DNA from: Octopus vulgaris
Taxonomy: Eukaryota
Direction of reading: 5' to 3'
Assembly (NCBI GenBank): GCA_951406725.2
Contig: OX597825.1
Coordinates: 42,470,001 to 42,534,000, forward strand
Length of the DNA: 64,000 bases
Shown here: piece by piece, positions 51,767 through 62,774 of the stretch
How the letters are laid out: every line of letters starts with the position of its first letter
How positions within the stretch are numbered: position 1 is the stretch's first letter
Notes under the pieces: generated by a model
Told to the model about the DNA's origin: nothing
The model's input: the letters and a program-made list of their open reading frames with translations, nothing else
Databases searched by the model: none
Translations under genes and position numbers: made by a program

Positions 51767-53725
51767 TCTGGTTCCCGCAACGAGGAGGGAACCAGGCTGC
51801 TGGAGTTCTGCGATGCAAATAATCTTATGATTTGCAACACTAACTTCAGGAAACCTACCAGCCACCTAGTCACCTACCGATCGGGCCAACATACCAGCCA
51901 AATTGACTACATCCTTGCCAGGCAAAGGGAGAGATGGCTACTTATAAATGCCAAAACCTTCCAAGGTGAAGAATGCACCCCACAACATAGACTGGTAGTT
52001 AGTGACTTTAGGATCAGGAGTAGGAGGACAACCAGAAGACGACCAACATGGAGAAGAAGGATCTGGAAGCTTAAGGATCCTGTGAATGGACAGAGATTTA
52101 GAGACATGTTACTTGAAGCCTTTGACGAAGTAGAAGGGGATAGTGTATCACATGGGGTAGAGGACAACTGGACGTTTCTAAGGGACAACCTGCTGAGAGC
52201 CCCTGACCAGATCTGTGGCTGGTGCAAAGTCCCCTCTCGTCCCAAGGTAACGTGGTGGTGGAACAGTGTCGTAGACAGGGCTATTAGAGAAAAGAGACAG
52301 ACTTGGAAGCACTGGAAGAATGGTGGTAGCAGGGAATTGTATCAGACTGCTAAAAGGGAAGCTAGGAGACAGGTCTATCTAGCCAGAGGGGAAGCAGATA
52401 AGAAAAAATTTGCCAATGTTCTGCGCCCTGAGGACCAAAGACTGGAGGTGTTTCGCGTTGCAAGACAGTGTGTGAGAGAGAATTGTGATGTGGTGGGAGA
52501 GAAGTGTGTTCGCATGGAAGATGGTTCACTTGCGCTAAACGAGGATGCAAAGAGAGAGGCTTGGAGACGCCACTATGAAAGGTTGCTGAATAAAGAAAAT
52601 GAATGGGATAAAGAGAGTCTGCCGAACGTTGACCCAACAGAGGGACCAGCTATCAGGGTTGATAGTTCCTTAGTAGCTAAGGCAATTAGAAGCATGAAGA
52701 CAGGGAAAGCCCCAGGCCCATCAGGTATCACTGCAGAGATGCTCAAAATATCTGGTAGTGTCGGCTATAGCCTAGTCACCTGTATAGTTAATCAGGTGAT
52801 ACATGAAGGAGTCATACCCAATGACTGGTGTAGCAGCATAATAGTAAACTGCTACAAAGGTAAAGGTGATGCCCTAGATACAAATAATTACAGAGGTATC
52901 AAGCTGTTGGATCAGGTGATGAAGGTTACAGAGAGGGTCATAAGCCAACTAATTAGAGAGAGAGTTAGTTTAGATGAGATGCAGTTTGGTTTCGTGCCAG
53001 GGAAAAGTACCACTGATGCTATATTCCTGGTAAGGCAGCTGCAGGAGAAATACCTAGCCAAAGATAAGGCCCTGTACCTGGCTTTTGTTGACATGGAGAA
53101 AGCCTTCGACAGGGTCCCCCGATCCCTCATATGGTGGTCAATGAGGAAACTAGGAATAGATGAATGGTTAGTGACAGCTGTGCAAGCCATGTACAGGGAC
53201 GCTGCTAGTAAGGTGAGGGTTGGAAATGAGTACAGTGAAGAATTCCGGGTAGAGGTAGGGGTCCACCAAGGCTCAGTCCTCAGCCCCCTCCTATTTATCA
53301 TAGTCCTCCAGGCAATAACGGAGGAATTCAAGACAGGATGCCCCTGGGAGCTCCTCTATGCTGATGACCTTGCTCTAATTGCTGAGTCATTATCAGAACT
53401 GGAGAAGAAGTTTCAGGTGTGGAAGCATGGTTTAGAATCGAAGGGCCTTAGAGTCAACCTAGCTAAAACCAAAGTACTAATAAGTAGGAAGGTAGACAAA
53501 TCACAAACGCCTTCAGGTAGATGGCCCTGCTCGATCTGTAGAAAAGGTGTAGGTAGAAACTCTATAAGATGCACCAAGTGTAAGCTATGGACACATAAGA
53601 GGTGCAGCAATGTCATAGGAAGGCTAACTAGGAAGATGGTTTTTGTATGTGGCAGATGCTCGGGAGCATTAACCTCGAAAATCTGCAGAAAACAACTTCC
53701 GTCACTTTCCAGGGGGAAAAACTAG
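51762..53725 (+). CDS. RTE LINE ORF, part 1: endonuclease C-terminus, reverse transcriptase and PHD-like Cys finger
   Basis: ORF 51686-53725 (its first ~25 aa are microsatellite): SQIDYIL, QHRLV, KAPGPSGI, NYRGIKLL, QFGFVPG, FVDMEKAFD, GVHQGSVLSP, LYADD, CSIC..CTKC..HKRC..CGRC. Confidence 0.95.
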
Positions 53726-54312
53726 AAGTAGTTGATAGCTTCCGTTATCTTGGTGACCAAGTCAGTAGTGGGGGTGGGTGTGCTGAAAGTGTAACGGCTA
53801 GAGTAAGAATAGCCTGGGCAAAGTTTAGGGAGCTCTTACCTCTGTTGGTGACTAAAGGCCTCTCGCTCAGAGTAAAAGGCAGACTGTATGATGCATGTGT
53901 ACGAACAGCCATGCTACATGGCAGTGAAACATGGGCCGTGACTGCTGAGGACATGCGTAAGCTCGCGAGAAATGAAGCTAGTATGCTCCGTTGGATGTGT
54001 AATGTCAGTGTTCATAGTCGACAGAGTGTAAGTACCTTGAGAGAAAAGTTGGACCTAAGAGGAATCAGATGTTGTGTGCAAGAGAGACGATTGCGCTGGT
54101 ATGGTCATGTGGTGAGAATGGATGAAGATAGGTGTGTGAAAAAGTGCCACACCCTGGCAGTTGAGGGGACCTGTGGAAGAGGTAGACCCAGGAAAACCTG
54201 GGTCGAGGTGGTGAAGCACGACCTTCGAACTCTAGGTCTCACCAAGGAAATGACCAGAGACCGAGACCTATGGAAGTATGCTGTGCGTGAGAAGACCCGG
54301 CAAGACCAGTGA
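53647..54312 (+). CDS. RTE LINE ORF, part 2 (after frameshift ~53670)
   Basis: FRYLG, LHGSETW, RLRWYGHVVRM, GRGRPRKTW motifs typical of the RTE C-terminus. Confidence 0.93.
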   Translation: MWQMLGSINLENLQKTTSVTFQGEKLEVVDSFRYLGDQVSSGGGCAESVTARVRIAWAKFRELLPLLVTKGLSLRVKGRLYDACVRTAMLHGSETWAVTAEDMRKLARNEASMLRWMCNVSVHSRQSVSTLREKLDLRGIRCCVQERRLRWYGHVVRMDEDRCVKKCHTLAVEGTCGRGRPRKTWVEVVKHDLRTLGLTKEMTRDRDLWKYAVREKTRQDQ

Positions 54313-54358
54313 GAACAATCAAAATCAAATCATATATCAGAAAGCAGGGGTTAAGTGA

Positions 54359-54910
54359 CCCATCCGTTCGTGTCCGCTGTCAGCCTCGTCTGGCACCCGT
54401 GCCGGTGATACGTAAAAGCACCATTCACTCGTGGCCGTTTGCAAGCTCTGCCTGGCCCCGTGTCGATGGCACGTAAAAGCACCATCCGTTCGTGTTCGTT
54501 GCCAGCCTCGCCTGGCCCCGTGCCGGTGACACGTAAAAGCACCGTCCGTTCGTGGCCGTTTGCCAGCTCTGTCTGGCCCCGTGTCGGTGGCACATAAAAG
54601 CACCATCCGTTCGTGGCCGTTTGCCAGCTCTGTCTGGCCCCGTGTCGGTGGCACGTAAAAGCACCATCCGTTCGTGTCCGTTGCCAGCCTCGGCTGGCCC
54701 CCGTGCCGGTGACACGTAAAAGCACCGTCCGCTCGTGGCCGTTTGCCAGCTCTGTCTGGCAACCGTGTCGGTGGCACGTAAAAGCACCATCCGTTCATGT
54801 CCGTTGCCAGCATCGCCTGGCCCCGTGCCGGTGACACGTAAAAGCACCATCCGTTCGTGGCCGTTCGCCAGCTTTGTCTGGCACCTGTGCAGGTGGCACG
54901 TAAAAAACAC
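54359..54910 (+). repeat. 9-unit 60-62 bp GC-rich minisatellite in the RTE 3' UTR
   Basis: Unit ccatccgttcgtg(g/t)ccgtt(t)gccagc..ctggccccgtgycggtgrcacgtaaaagca; variant order ABABBABAB. Confidence 0.97.
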
Positions 54911-55341
54911 CCACTACACTCGCGGAGTGGTTGGCGTTAGGAAGGGCATCCAGCCGTAGAAACACTGCCAGATCTGACTGGGCCTGACGAAGCCTTCCAG
55001 CTTCACAGACCCCAGTTGAACCGTCCAACCCATGCTAGCATGGAAAGCGGACGCTAAACGATGATGATGATGATGATATATATATATACATATATACATA
55101 TACACCTATACATACTAATATTTCAGTGTACTACATGCATCCAGTTGATATCATGCATTTGCAAATTTTGCCGAATGGTTTGAAAGGCACCACTCTGCAG
55201 CAGACACAATTAATTTTCAGCTGAGTGAATTGATGTATCTTGAAATTAATTACTTTAACCAATAAGAAAATGCACCACCCAGTCGTGTTTTTGTAGCCTA
55301 ATCACTCGGTCATGCATCTACATATTCACCTGCCCATATAT

Positions 55342-55492
55342 CATCATCATCATCATCATCATTTAATGCTTGTTTTTCATACTGGCATGGGTTGGATGGT
55401 TTGACTGAAAACTGGGAAGGTGCACCAAGTTCCAATTTGATTTGGCATGGTTTCTACAGCTGGATGCCCTTCCTGACACCAACCACTCCAAA
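55342..55492 (-). mobile_element. RTE 3'-tail fragment
   Basis: (CAT)n followed by the reverse complement of the 54920-55060 tail. Confidence 0.85.
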
Positions 55493-55507
55493 AGTATATA
55501 TATATAC

Positions 55508-55540
<33 letters not shown>

Positions 55541-56056
55541 CATACTAGAGGGAAACCACTATGTGGACACCCTTATGCTAGATATAGATCCGCTATGGTC
55601 TTACCACTAAGAAATGTTCTCAAGAAAAATTTAGCAAAACAACCAAAACGTAATCGAGCAAGACAAAAGAAAAGCAATAAAAATATAGATTATTCGCATA
55701 CATGTTTCACTATTAACATATTACGTAATTTTACTTACATAAATGAGTATAATGGGTAGTACTGTTTTACAAGGCTGACTTTGTGCGGACGTCCTAGTAT
55801 GCAGTCCTGCAAATTATATTCATCTGGACGGTCGCACCGATGATCTACGAACATTTATGTAAGTAAAATTACGTAATATATTAATAGTGAAACATGTATG
55901 CGAATAATCTATATTTTTATTGCTTTTCTTTTGTCTTGCTCGATTACGTTTTGGTTGTTTTGGTAAATTTTTCTTGAGGACATTTCTTAGTGGTAAGACC
56001 ATAGCGGATCTATTTCTAGCATAAGGGTCTCTACATAGTGGTTTCCCTCTAATATG
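55541..56056. repeat. Fold-back: ~205-bp near-perfect inverted repeat with ~105-bp spacer (Penelope-like pLTR)
   Basis: 55541-55745 is the reverse complement of 55851-56056 with few mismatches; adjoins (TA)n. Confidence 0.95.
55832..55903 (+). ncRNA. Candidate type-I hammerhead ribozyme with long loop II (core CCGAUGA)
   Basis: Stem I tcgca/tgcga; core ccgatga; stem II cta/tag; GAAA; palindromic stem III ACATGT; GUA triplet. Confidence 0.6.
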
Positions 56057-56063
56057 CTAGACC

Positions 56064-56524
56064 CAAAGTCCATCCCCTCCTCACCGTGGTGGGGATGCTG
56101 GCAACGGGTAGTGTCAGAGCTATGCCATCGGGAACTTCGGTTCCTGGTAGGGCCACCCACGGTGGATTGGTCTGACACCGAGTGGTATTAGGGCCACAAC
56201 CCGGCAGACGGGGCTCTGGTGAAAATCCTCGGAGTGTCTGTTTCGGCAACCGGCAGCTCCTAGGTCGTTCTGTCCCTGTGTCTGTGGATAATCTGTGGCA
56301 AACAGGATGTCTCTACATGCGGGATTGTTGGGGACCGCACGAAACTTCTCCTATGAATTCTCAATGGCGAATACAATGGCAACAGTGGCCTGCGCCGATG
56401 GAACCGTGACTGGCGCAGGACCGTTGGGCATGAGCTGCCATGGTTCGAGATGCCTCGAGGGTGGTAGAAGAAGCTGACTCAACCCGCCTAGGGTGAATGT
56501 CGCCACAAGTACAAGTAAGTAAGT
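56064..56524 (+). mobile_element. Non-coding RTE-derived retroposon (bipartite SINE-like) with 12-bp TSD
   Basis: TSD atatgctagacc at 56052-56063 and 56525-56536; head gagctatgcc..agggccaccca..gga.tggtc resembles BovB/Expander 5' UTR; caagta/aagt repeat tail. Confidence 0.85.
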
Positions 56525-56639
56525 ATATGCTAGACCACTGGTGTGAAATCGATGTTAATTAAATTAATATCTAATTTCTCACCCTCATTTTAAATTTATA
56601 TATATATATATTATATAATATATATTATATTTTTATAAC

Positions 56640-57357
56640 ATCATCATCATTTAACATCTGTTCTCTATGCTGGTCTGCCAATGAGTTATCCTAGTTCCAT
56701 TTTCTGTTTGGCATGGTTTCCATGGCTGGATGCCCTGCCTAAACCCAATTATTTTACAGTGTACTGGATGCTTTCAATGTGATACTGGCACGAGTGCTTT
56801 AACATGGCCCTGGCACAGGCACTTTTGTGTTGCACCACCACCCGTGAACCTGCAAGACTAGGACCTCTCAGCTGAAAGAGTGGCATAGAGGACATCCCTG
56901 TGTGTATGGATGTTTATGATATTAGTTAGTTTGACATGTCTTCTCAAGCATGGCAAACCTTCAGAAGTCTCAATCTCTTGTCATCTCTTTCAAACCCAAA
57001 ACTTGAAGTTCCTTTCTCAACACTTCATCCCACAACTTTTTGGGTCTACTACTTCCACATGTTCCCTCAACAATTAGAGATCAGCAATTCTCATTGCAGC
57101 ATTCTCATCTATATAAATCACATAACCATACCAGTGCAGTCTTCTTTCTTGTACACTACATCTGACACTTCATGTCCCCAATATTTCTATTACATCACTT
57201 ACACTCTGTTGTACATGCACATTGACATTCACCCATCAAACAGTTCATTCTGGCTTCATTTCTTTCAAGCCTTTGCATATCCTCAGTAGCCACATCACAT
57301 GTCTCGCTGTCATGTAGCATAGCTGTTTATACACAGGAATCATACAGTCTCCCTTTA
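56640..57357 (-). mobile_element. Old truncated copy of the RTE family
   Basis: (CAT)n tail and reverse complement of GRLYD..LH.SETC..RLHWYGYV. Confidence 0.85.
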
Positions 57358-57400
57358 TATATCAGGCACATGCCATCAGTAATTACTCAGTGTTGGCAGT

Positions 57401-57607
57401 TGGTGACTGCCATGTAGTAGAACACACAAAAAATAAGTGAAACACAGGTGCACGACTGAGTTGAAAGCAGATCTATTTCTGCTTTTATAGCACATAAAGA
57501 AAATGGTGTTGTAGAAACGTACGTCACACATGTACTACAGCAGTACTATGCGTAGCTTAAATAGTGAGATTAACAAGCAGGGGCAAATTATGCCTACTTA
57601 ATCTACA
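57401..57607 (-). mobile_element. Short LTR (57413-57607) plus primer-binding site, Gypsy-like
   Basis: Bounded by tgtag...ctaca; on the minus strand the CA end is followed directly by TGGCAGTCACCA. Confidence 0.55.
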
Positions 57608-57785
57608 AAAAATAAAACATTTTGTATTTTATGCATAGTAATCAGACTAACCTTCATAATTTTATTGAATTACGTGCATATTTCGGCATGAGAGGAAAAT
57701 GTTGCCATAGATCTATTTTATTGACAGTAAGCATTCCCTACCCTACCTACCAAGGCAGCATGTCCCTGATACATACATACATACA

Positions 57786-57817
<32 letters not shown>

Positions 57818-57842
57818 CATATATATATATATATATATACAA

Positions 57843-58060
57843 GTAATGAGAGAGAGTCCACATGTGGTCACTCTAACGCTAGATATAGATCCATGAAGAG
57901 AATCCACCACTAAAGAATTGTTCTCAAGAATTAGTTCAATGTGCTAAGAATGTAAGTGAGCAGGACAAATGAAAAATAACGAAAAAATAGATACAATTGT
58001 TTCACCGTTAATAGATTGTGTAATTTTACTTATATAATCATTTTCGGAGTAGAGTATATC
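57843..58060 (-). repeat. Diverged paralogue of the 55541-56056 arm
   Basis: Shares gctagatatagatcc, ccactaa.gaa.tgttctcaagaa, tgtttcac and gtaattttactta with 55541-55745. Confidence 0.8.
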
Positions 58061-58806
58061 AAAAAAATATAATTTGCTGAGTCGAACGCCAACATTCACA
58101 CGAAGCCGAACAAAGGCGAATGGCACAGCCAATTATATCTGCAGTTACGTTCAAATATCCTCATTCTCATATACTTAAAGATGACATGGAAGATGGAATA
58201 TAACTTTATTTAGCTTTATTTAGCACAACAATCATTTCTGCTGCCTTCTGTACTGCTCCCTAGTGTGTGGAAAATGATGTAATGACATCAGATGCATTGC
58301 ACTGTGCAAAAGAGCCTTCCCAGGTGACATAATAGATGTCAAAAGTTATAAGATTTACATTTCGCTCCAAGCTAGTTGCTGGTGGTATTATGGTATGTTG
58401 CTAGTAGTTTGTACACATTGGTGAAGTAAGGATACTTGTGGGTTGTATATAGGAAGTGGTTGATAAAAAATACAAAGAATATAATGTAAAGTGGGAAAGG
58501 TGTTAATGGCATTGGCCCGAAAAGCCCTAAAGCTTGTGGAGACCTTTGATGGCTGGTTATGGCAGTCAAGCATGATTGCTTGGTCAAAAATTTGGTGGGA
58601 GTGTGATTCCTGTTCTTAGATTTGATGGCTGCTTAGTTACATTATGGCCCTTATTAATATCAGAACATACACCTATTCACACCTATGCCAATATAGGCAC
58701 ATACAAGTACACACTAACACATATGCACTCATTTATATGCACTCATGCCATTCAGTGTAAGTACATAAATGCATCCATCTATTTATGCATATACAGAGAC
58801 AGACAG

Positions 58807-58875
<69 letters not shown>

Positions 58876-58945
58876 TAAATAAATGGAGTTTAACGCAGGT
58901 GTAATTTTTTCCGTGTTAATTGTTAACAAGGTAAAAATACACTCA

Positions 58946-58985
<40 letters not shown>

Positions 58986-59091
58986 CATATGTGCATGTGC
59001 ACATATATATATACACACATATGCACATACATATATACAGGCACACATCACTCATCCTGTCGATTCACACCCTCACCTATATAGACACATA

Positions 59092-60451
59092 GGATCTGTT
59101 CAGTTTGGTGTACAGATGTTTTAATTAACTTTTTTAACTAAGCAGTTTGAAACTTTGTATACTGGTGGAATTTCTCACCCAGAACACAGTTTACTTTGAA
59201 CAGTTTTGACAAAATTTCACATTTTGGAAGTAATTTCATGCTAAAGTTGTTGTATTTGGGTAATTTTAGCCAACCAATGACGTGTATTCAGTTGAAAAAA
59301 GCTACTGCTGTTTGCAATAGTAATCAAAGAGGAACAACTTCCCGGTCATCTCTACTAAATGTCACCACTCTGTTCTATTCGTATGTCAACGAAAACAATG
59401 CCACCTTTATCCTTTCTTCCTTTCTAATCAGCACCCTGCAATCCTTACTCTTTCCCCGCATACTGGCAAGCCTGGAAGAAAACAAAGCATACCTTTTTGT
59501 TTTACCTTCATGTCTTCATAATGTTATTTTTAATCTAATAAAGACTTTTATATTGACGAAATGTGTTTGTTGTTGATTATAGTAAGATAAAATAATAACA
59601 ATAACAATAGTTGTAAAATAAGGCATTCTGAAATTACATACACGTCAACAACAAACCTCTGTAAGTTTACTGGTTACTCCAATGCGAGAACTCCACCCGC
59701 AAAAAAAAAAAAAAATTGTGTAATATGCAACACAGGCAGTAAACAAAAAATAAAATAGAACAGAGTTGTGTCATTTAGTAGTGAGGATCCGAAAGTTGTT
59801 CCTCTTTGATTACTATCGCAAACAGCAGTAGCTTTCTTCAACTGAATACATGTCAATGATTGGCTTAAATTACCCAAACACAACAACCTTAATATGAAAT
59901 AACTTCTAATATACGAAATTTTGTCAAAATTGTTCAAAGTAAACTGTGTTCTTCATGAGATATTCCACGAGTATATCATCATCATCATCATTATCATCAT
60001 TTAACGTCCGCTTTCCATGCTAACATGGGTTGGACGATTTAACTGAGGTTTGGCAAACCAGATGGCTGCACCAGACTCCAATCTGATCTGGCAGAGTTTC
60101 TTCAGCTGGATGCCCTTCCTAACACCAACCACTCCGAGAGTGTAGTGGATGCTTTTACGTGCCACCGACACGAGGGCCAGTCAGGCAGTACTGGCAATGG
60201 CCACGCTCAAATGGTGCTTTTTATGTGTCACCAGCACAGGAGCCAGTCCAGTGGCACTGGCAATGACCTCGCTCGAATGTTTTTTCACATGCCACCAGTA
60301 CAAGTGCCAGTAAGACAGCACAGGTAATGATTACACTCAAATAGTGCTTTGTTTTTCATGCTCATAAAAAGCCTATTCAAGTATATGAAGTTTCAAACTG
60401 TTTGGTTACAAAAATTAATTAAAAAATCTGTGAGTCAGATTGAACAGATCA
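59092..60451. mobile_element. MITE with ~290-bp TIRs, Merlin-like, right arm interrupted by an RTE tail
   Basis: Left arm 59092-59380 matches 59755-59975 plus 60381-60451; ends GGATCTGTTCA / TGAACAGATC; TSD gacacata/gcaacata (6/8). Confidence 0.85.
59976..60380 (-). mobile_element. RTE 3' UTR/tail insertion with ~3 repeat units
   Basis: (CAT)n, tail matching 54900-55077, ~65-bp units; agtata duplicated at the junctions. Confidence 0.9.
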
Positions 60452-60605
60452 GCAACATACAAGTACACACTCACATACACACGCACATACACACTCATCT
60501 ATATACACTCATGCCATGTGGCATATGTACATAGATGCATCCATTTGTATTTACACATGCATAGACATATTTAAACATATGTAAACATATATATATATAT
60601 ATCTA

Positions 60606-62600
60606 CTGTTGTGTCTGGGAAGAGTCATTCTCTTTTAGTGCCTTATAATTTAACACACTCACCGGTAAAATTTCCGTTCATTTCTCTTTATTTTTTTCTA
60701 AAATTTTGGTTGCATCTTGCAAACTTTCCAATAATTTTGATTCTGTCTGTTATTCACACTGCATTCTTTTTGTTTGTTTGTGTGCATGTGTGTGCATACA
60801 CATGCATGTATGTATGCATGTATGCATGTACGTATGAGTGTGAGTGTGTGTGCATATGTATATATGTATTATGTGTATGCATGTTTATGTATATATTCTT
60901 CATATTCACGTGTTTGTGTATTTTTATGTATGTGTGTGTGTGTGTGTGTACCTCTGTCTCCTTGTGTGTGTATGTCTGAGTGTGTGTGTGTGTGTGTGTG
61001 TTTTGCAACTATGTACTGTGTTTGTATGTATGGATGTGTATCTCCATATGTGTGGACATGTGTCTCCATATGTGTCCTTGTGTGAAGTAAAGTGTGTGTA
61101 TATATGGTCATGTGCTTCAGTCTTCATTTGTGTATGTGTGCTTGTCTTTTCATATAACCTATGTACCTATCTGTCTGTATGTTTATCTGTTTACTTTCAT
61201 ATCCATATGCTTACATACATATGCATATACATATATATGCATACACTGACACACACACATACACACATCTATCTACATAACAGCCCACTAACTATTCTAT
61301 TTTAAGATGCGGATGTCAAGTTGACCCAGGTTGCCATCATGCTGATCCTTAGCATGTTGGTAGAGTATGGAAGACTGTTTTTTGTCGTAGTATTGTCTTA
61401 AATGTTCATTTAGTTGTTCCGCAATGCTTCTAGTTGTGATCTGACTAAACTCAACATTAAGATTGTTGAAAAGCCAGGGAACTCCATCAGATCACAATTA
61501 TGTAGGACGTACCCATTTAAGAATACCATATGCACCAATAAGAACTGAATGGTAAGTAGGATTAGCCCTGGAATTTACTGTAGAACTAGAAATGTAGTTT
61601 ACATCAAAAGATGCATAGAAAGTGCTTGTAAAGGCATGAACATGACATAGAAAGGGGAGACATCTAGGAGCGTTGCAGAATGACTAAATGAACAATTGAG
61701 ACAATATGACGACAAAACATAGTCCTCCCATACTCTACCAGCATGGAGGCAACCTGGGTCAACTTGACATCCACATCTTATTCAAGCACCAAAAGGATCC
61801 AACACTCAGGCAAATACAGGAGTACGTCCTCATAAATGAAACTTCCCGAATACTAAATAGGAAATATACATAGTAGATGTCATACCTACAGTTTACACAG
61901 GTAGAGTAGAATAGTTAGTGGGCTGTTATGTAGATAGATGTGTGTGTGTGGGGGGTATATGCATATATATGTATATGCACATGTATGTAAGCATATGGAT
62001 ATGAAAGTAAACAGATCAACATACAGACAGATAGGTACATATATTATATGAACAGACAAGCATACATACACACACATACACAAATGAAGACTGAAACACA
62101 TGACCATATATACACACACACTTTACTTCACACAAGGACATATATGGAGATACACTTCCATACATACAAACACAGTACATAGTTGCAAAACACACACACA
62201 CACACTCAGACATGCACACAAAGGAGACAGAGGTACACACACTCACACACATACACATACATAAAAACAAACACGGAAACACAAACACATGAATATGCAG
62301 AATACATACAAATGCACACATATACATACATATATACATATATATATACACACACACACTAATCCACACACATACGCACAAACAAACAAAAAGAACACAG
62401 ACAGACAGAGTTAAAACTATTGAAAATGTTGCAAGGCGCAACCAAAATTTTAGAAAAAATAAAAAAGAAGTGGAAATTTTACCGGGGAGTGTGTTAAATT
62501 ATAAGGCACTAAAAGAGAATGACTCTCCTCAGACACAACAGAACATGCTTCAAGACACGAACTCACATAAAGAATCTTGCAAGCCAAATGCAAAAACGAA
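60606..62600 (+). mobile_element. Penelope-like element: GIY-YIG fragment plus 3' region, preceded by an inverted copy of its own 3' part
   Basis: 61447-61870 reads IKIVEKPGNSI..PF..C..CRTRNVVY..C...C..*KGETSRS..E.. DPTLRQIQE..ILNRK; 60606-61433 is the reverse complement of 61663-62543 minus a ~125-bp deletion. Confidence 0.85.
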
Positions 62601-62639
62601 ATATATATATATATATATATGTTTGTATGTATATGTATA

Positions 62640-62760
62640 TGGCACAAGTATGGATGTATGATAAGAAGTTTGCTTCCCAACTACATAGTTTCAGGTTCAG
62701 GCCAACCAAAGCCTTGTGAGTGGATTTGGTAGAAGGAAATTGAAAGAAGCCCATCGTATA
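62640..62760 (+). mobile_element. SINE family A, deleted copy
   Basis: taagaagtttgcttccc..ccaaagccttgtgagtggatttggtag..gaaagaagccc. Confidence 0.8.
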
Positions 62761-62774
62761 TATATATATATATA

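Larger units (their letters stand above)
51762..55077 (+). mobile_element. Young 5'-truncated RTE-clade LINE inserted in (TA)n
   Basis: APE C-terminus, RT, C-terminal domain, tandem-repeat 3' UTR and (GAT)n tail; a single frameshift. Confidence 0.97.

Noticed and set aside
54359-54910. CRISPR-like regular repeats
   Set aside because: Whole units repeat with no unique spacers, there are no cas genes, and the array lies in a LINE 3' UTR of a eukaryote
54337-54959. Repetitive ORFs of 124-166 aa on the minus strand
   Set aside because: Artefact of the GC-rich minisatellite being open in several frames
55442-56002. Two near-identical peptides MVLPLRNVLKKNL.. on opposite strands
   Set aside because: A consequence of the inverted repeat; no coding evidence
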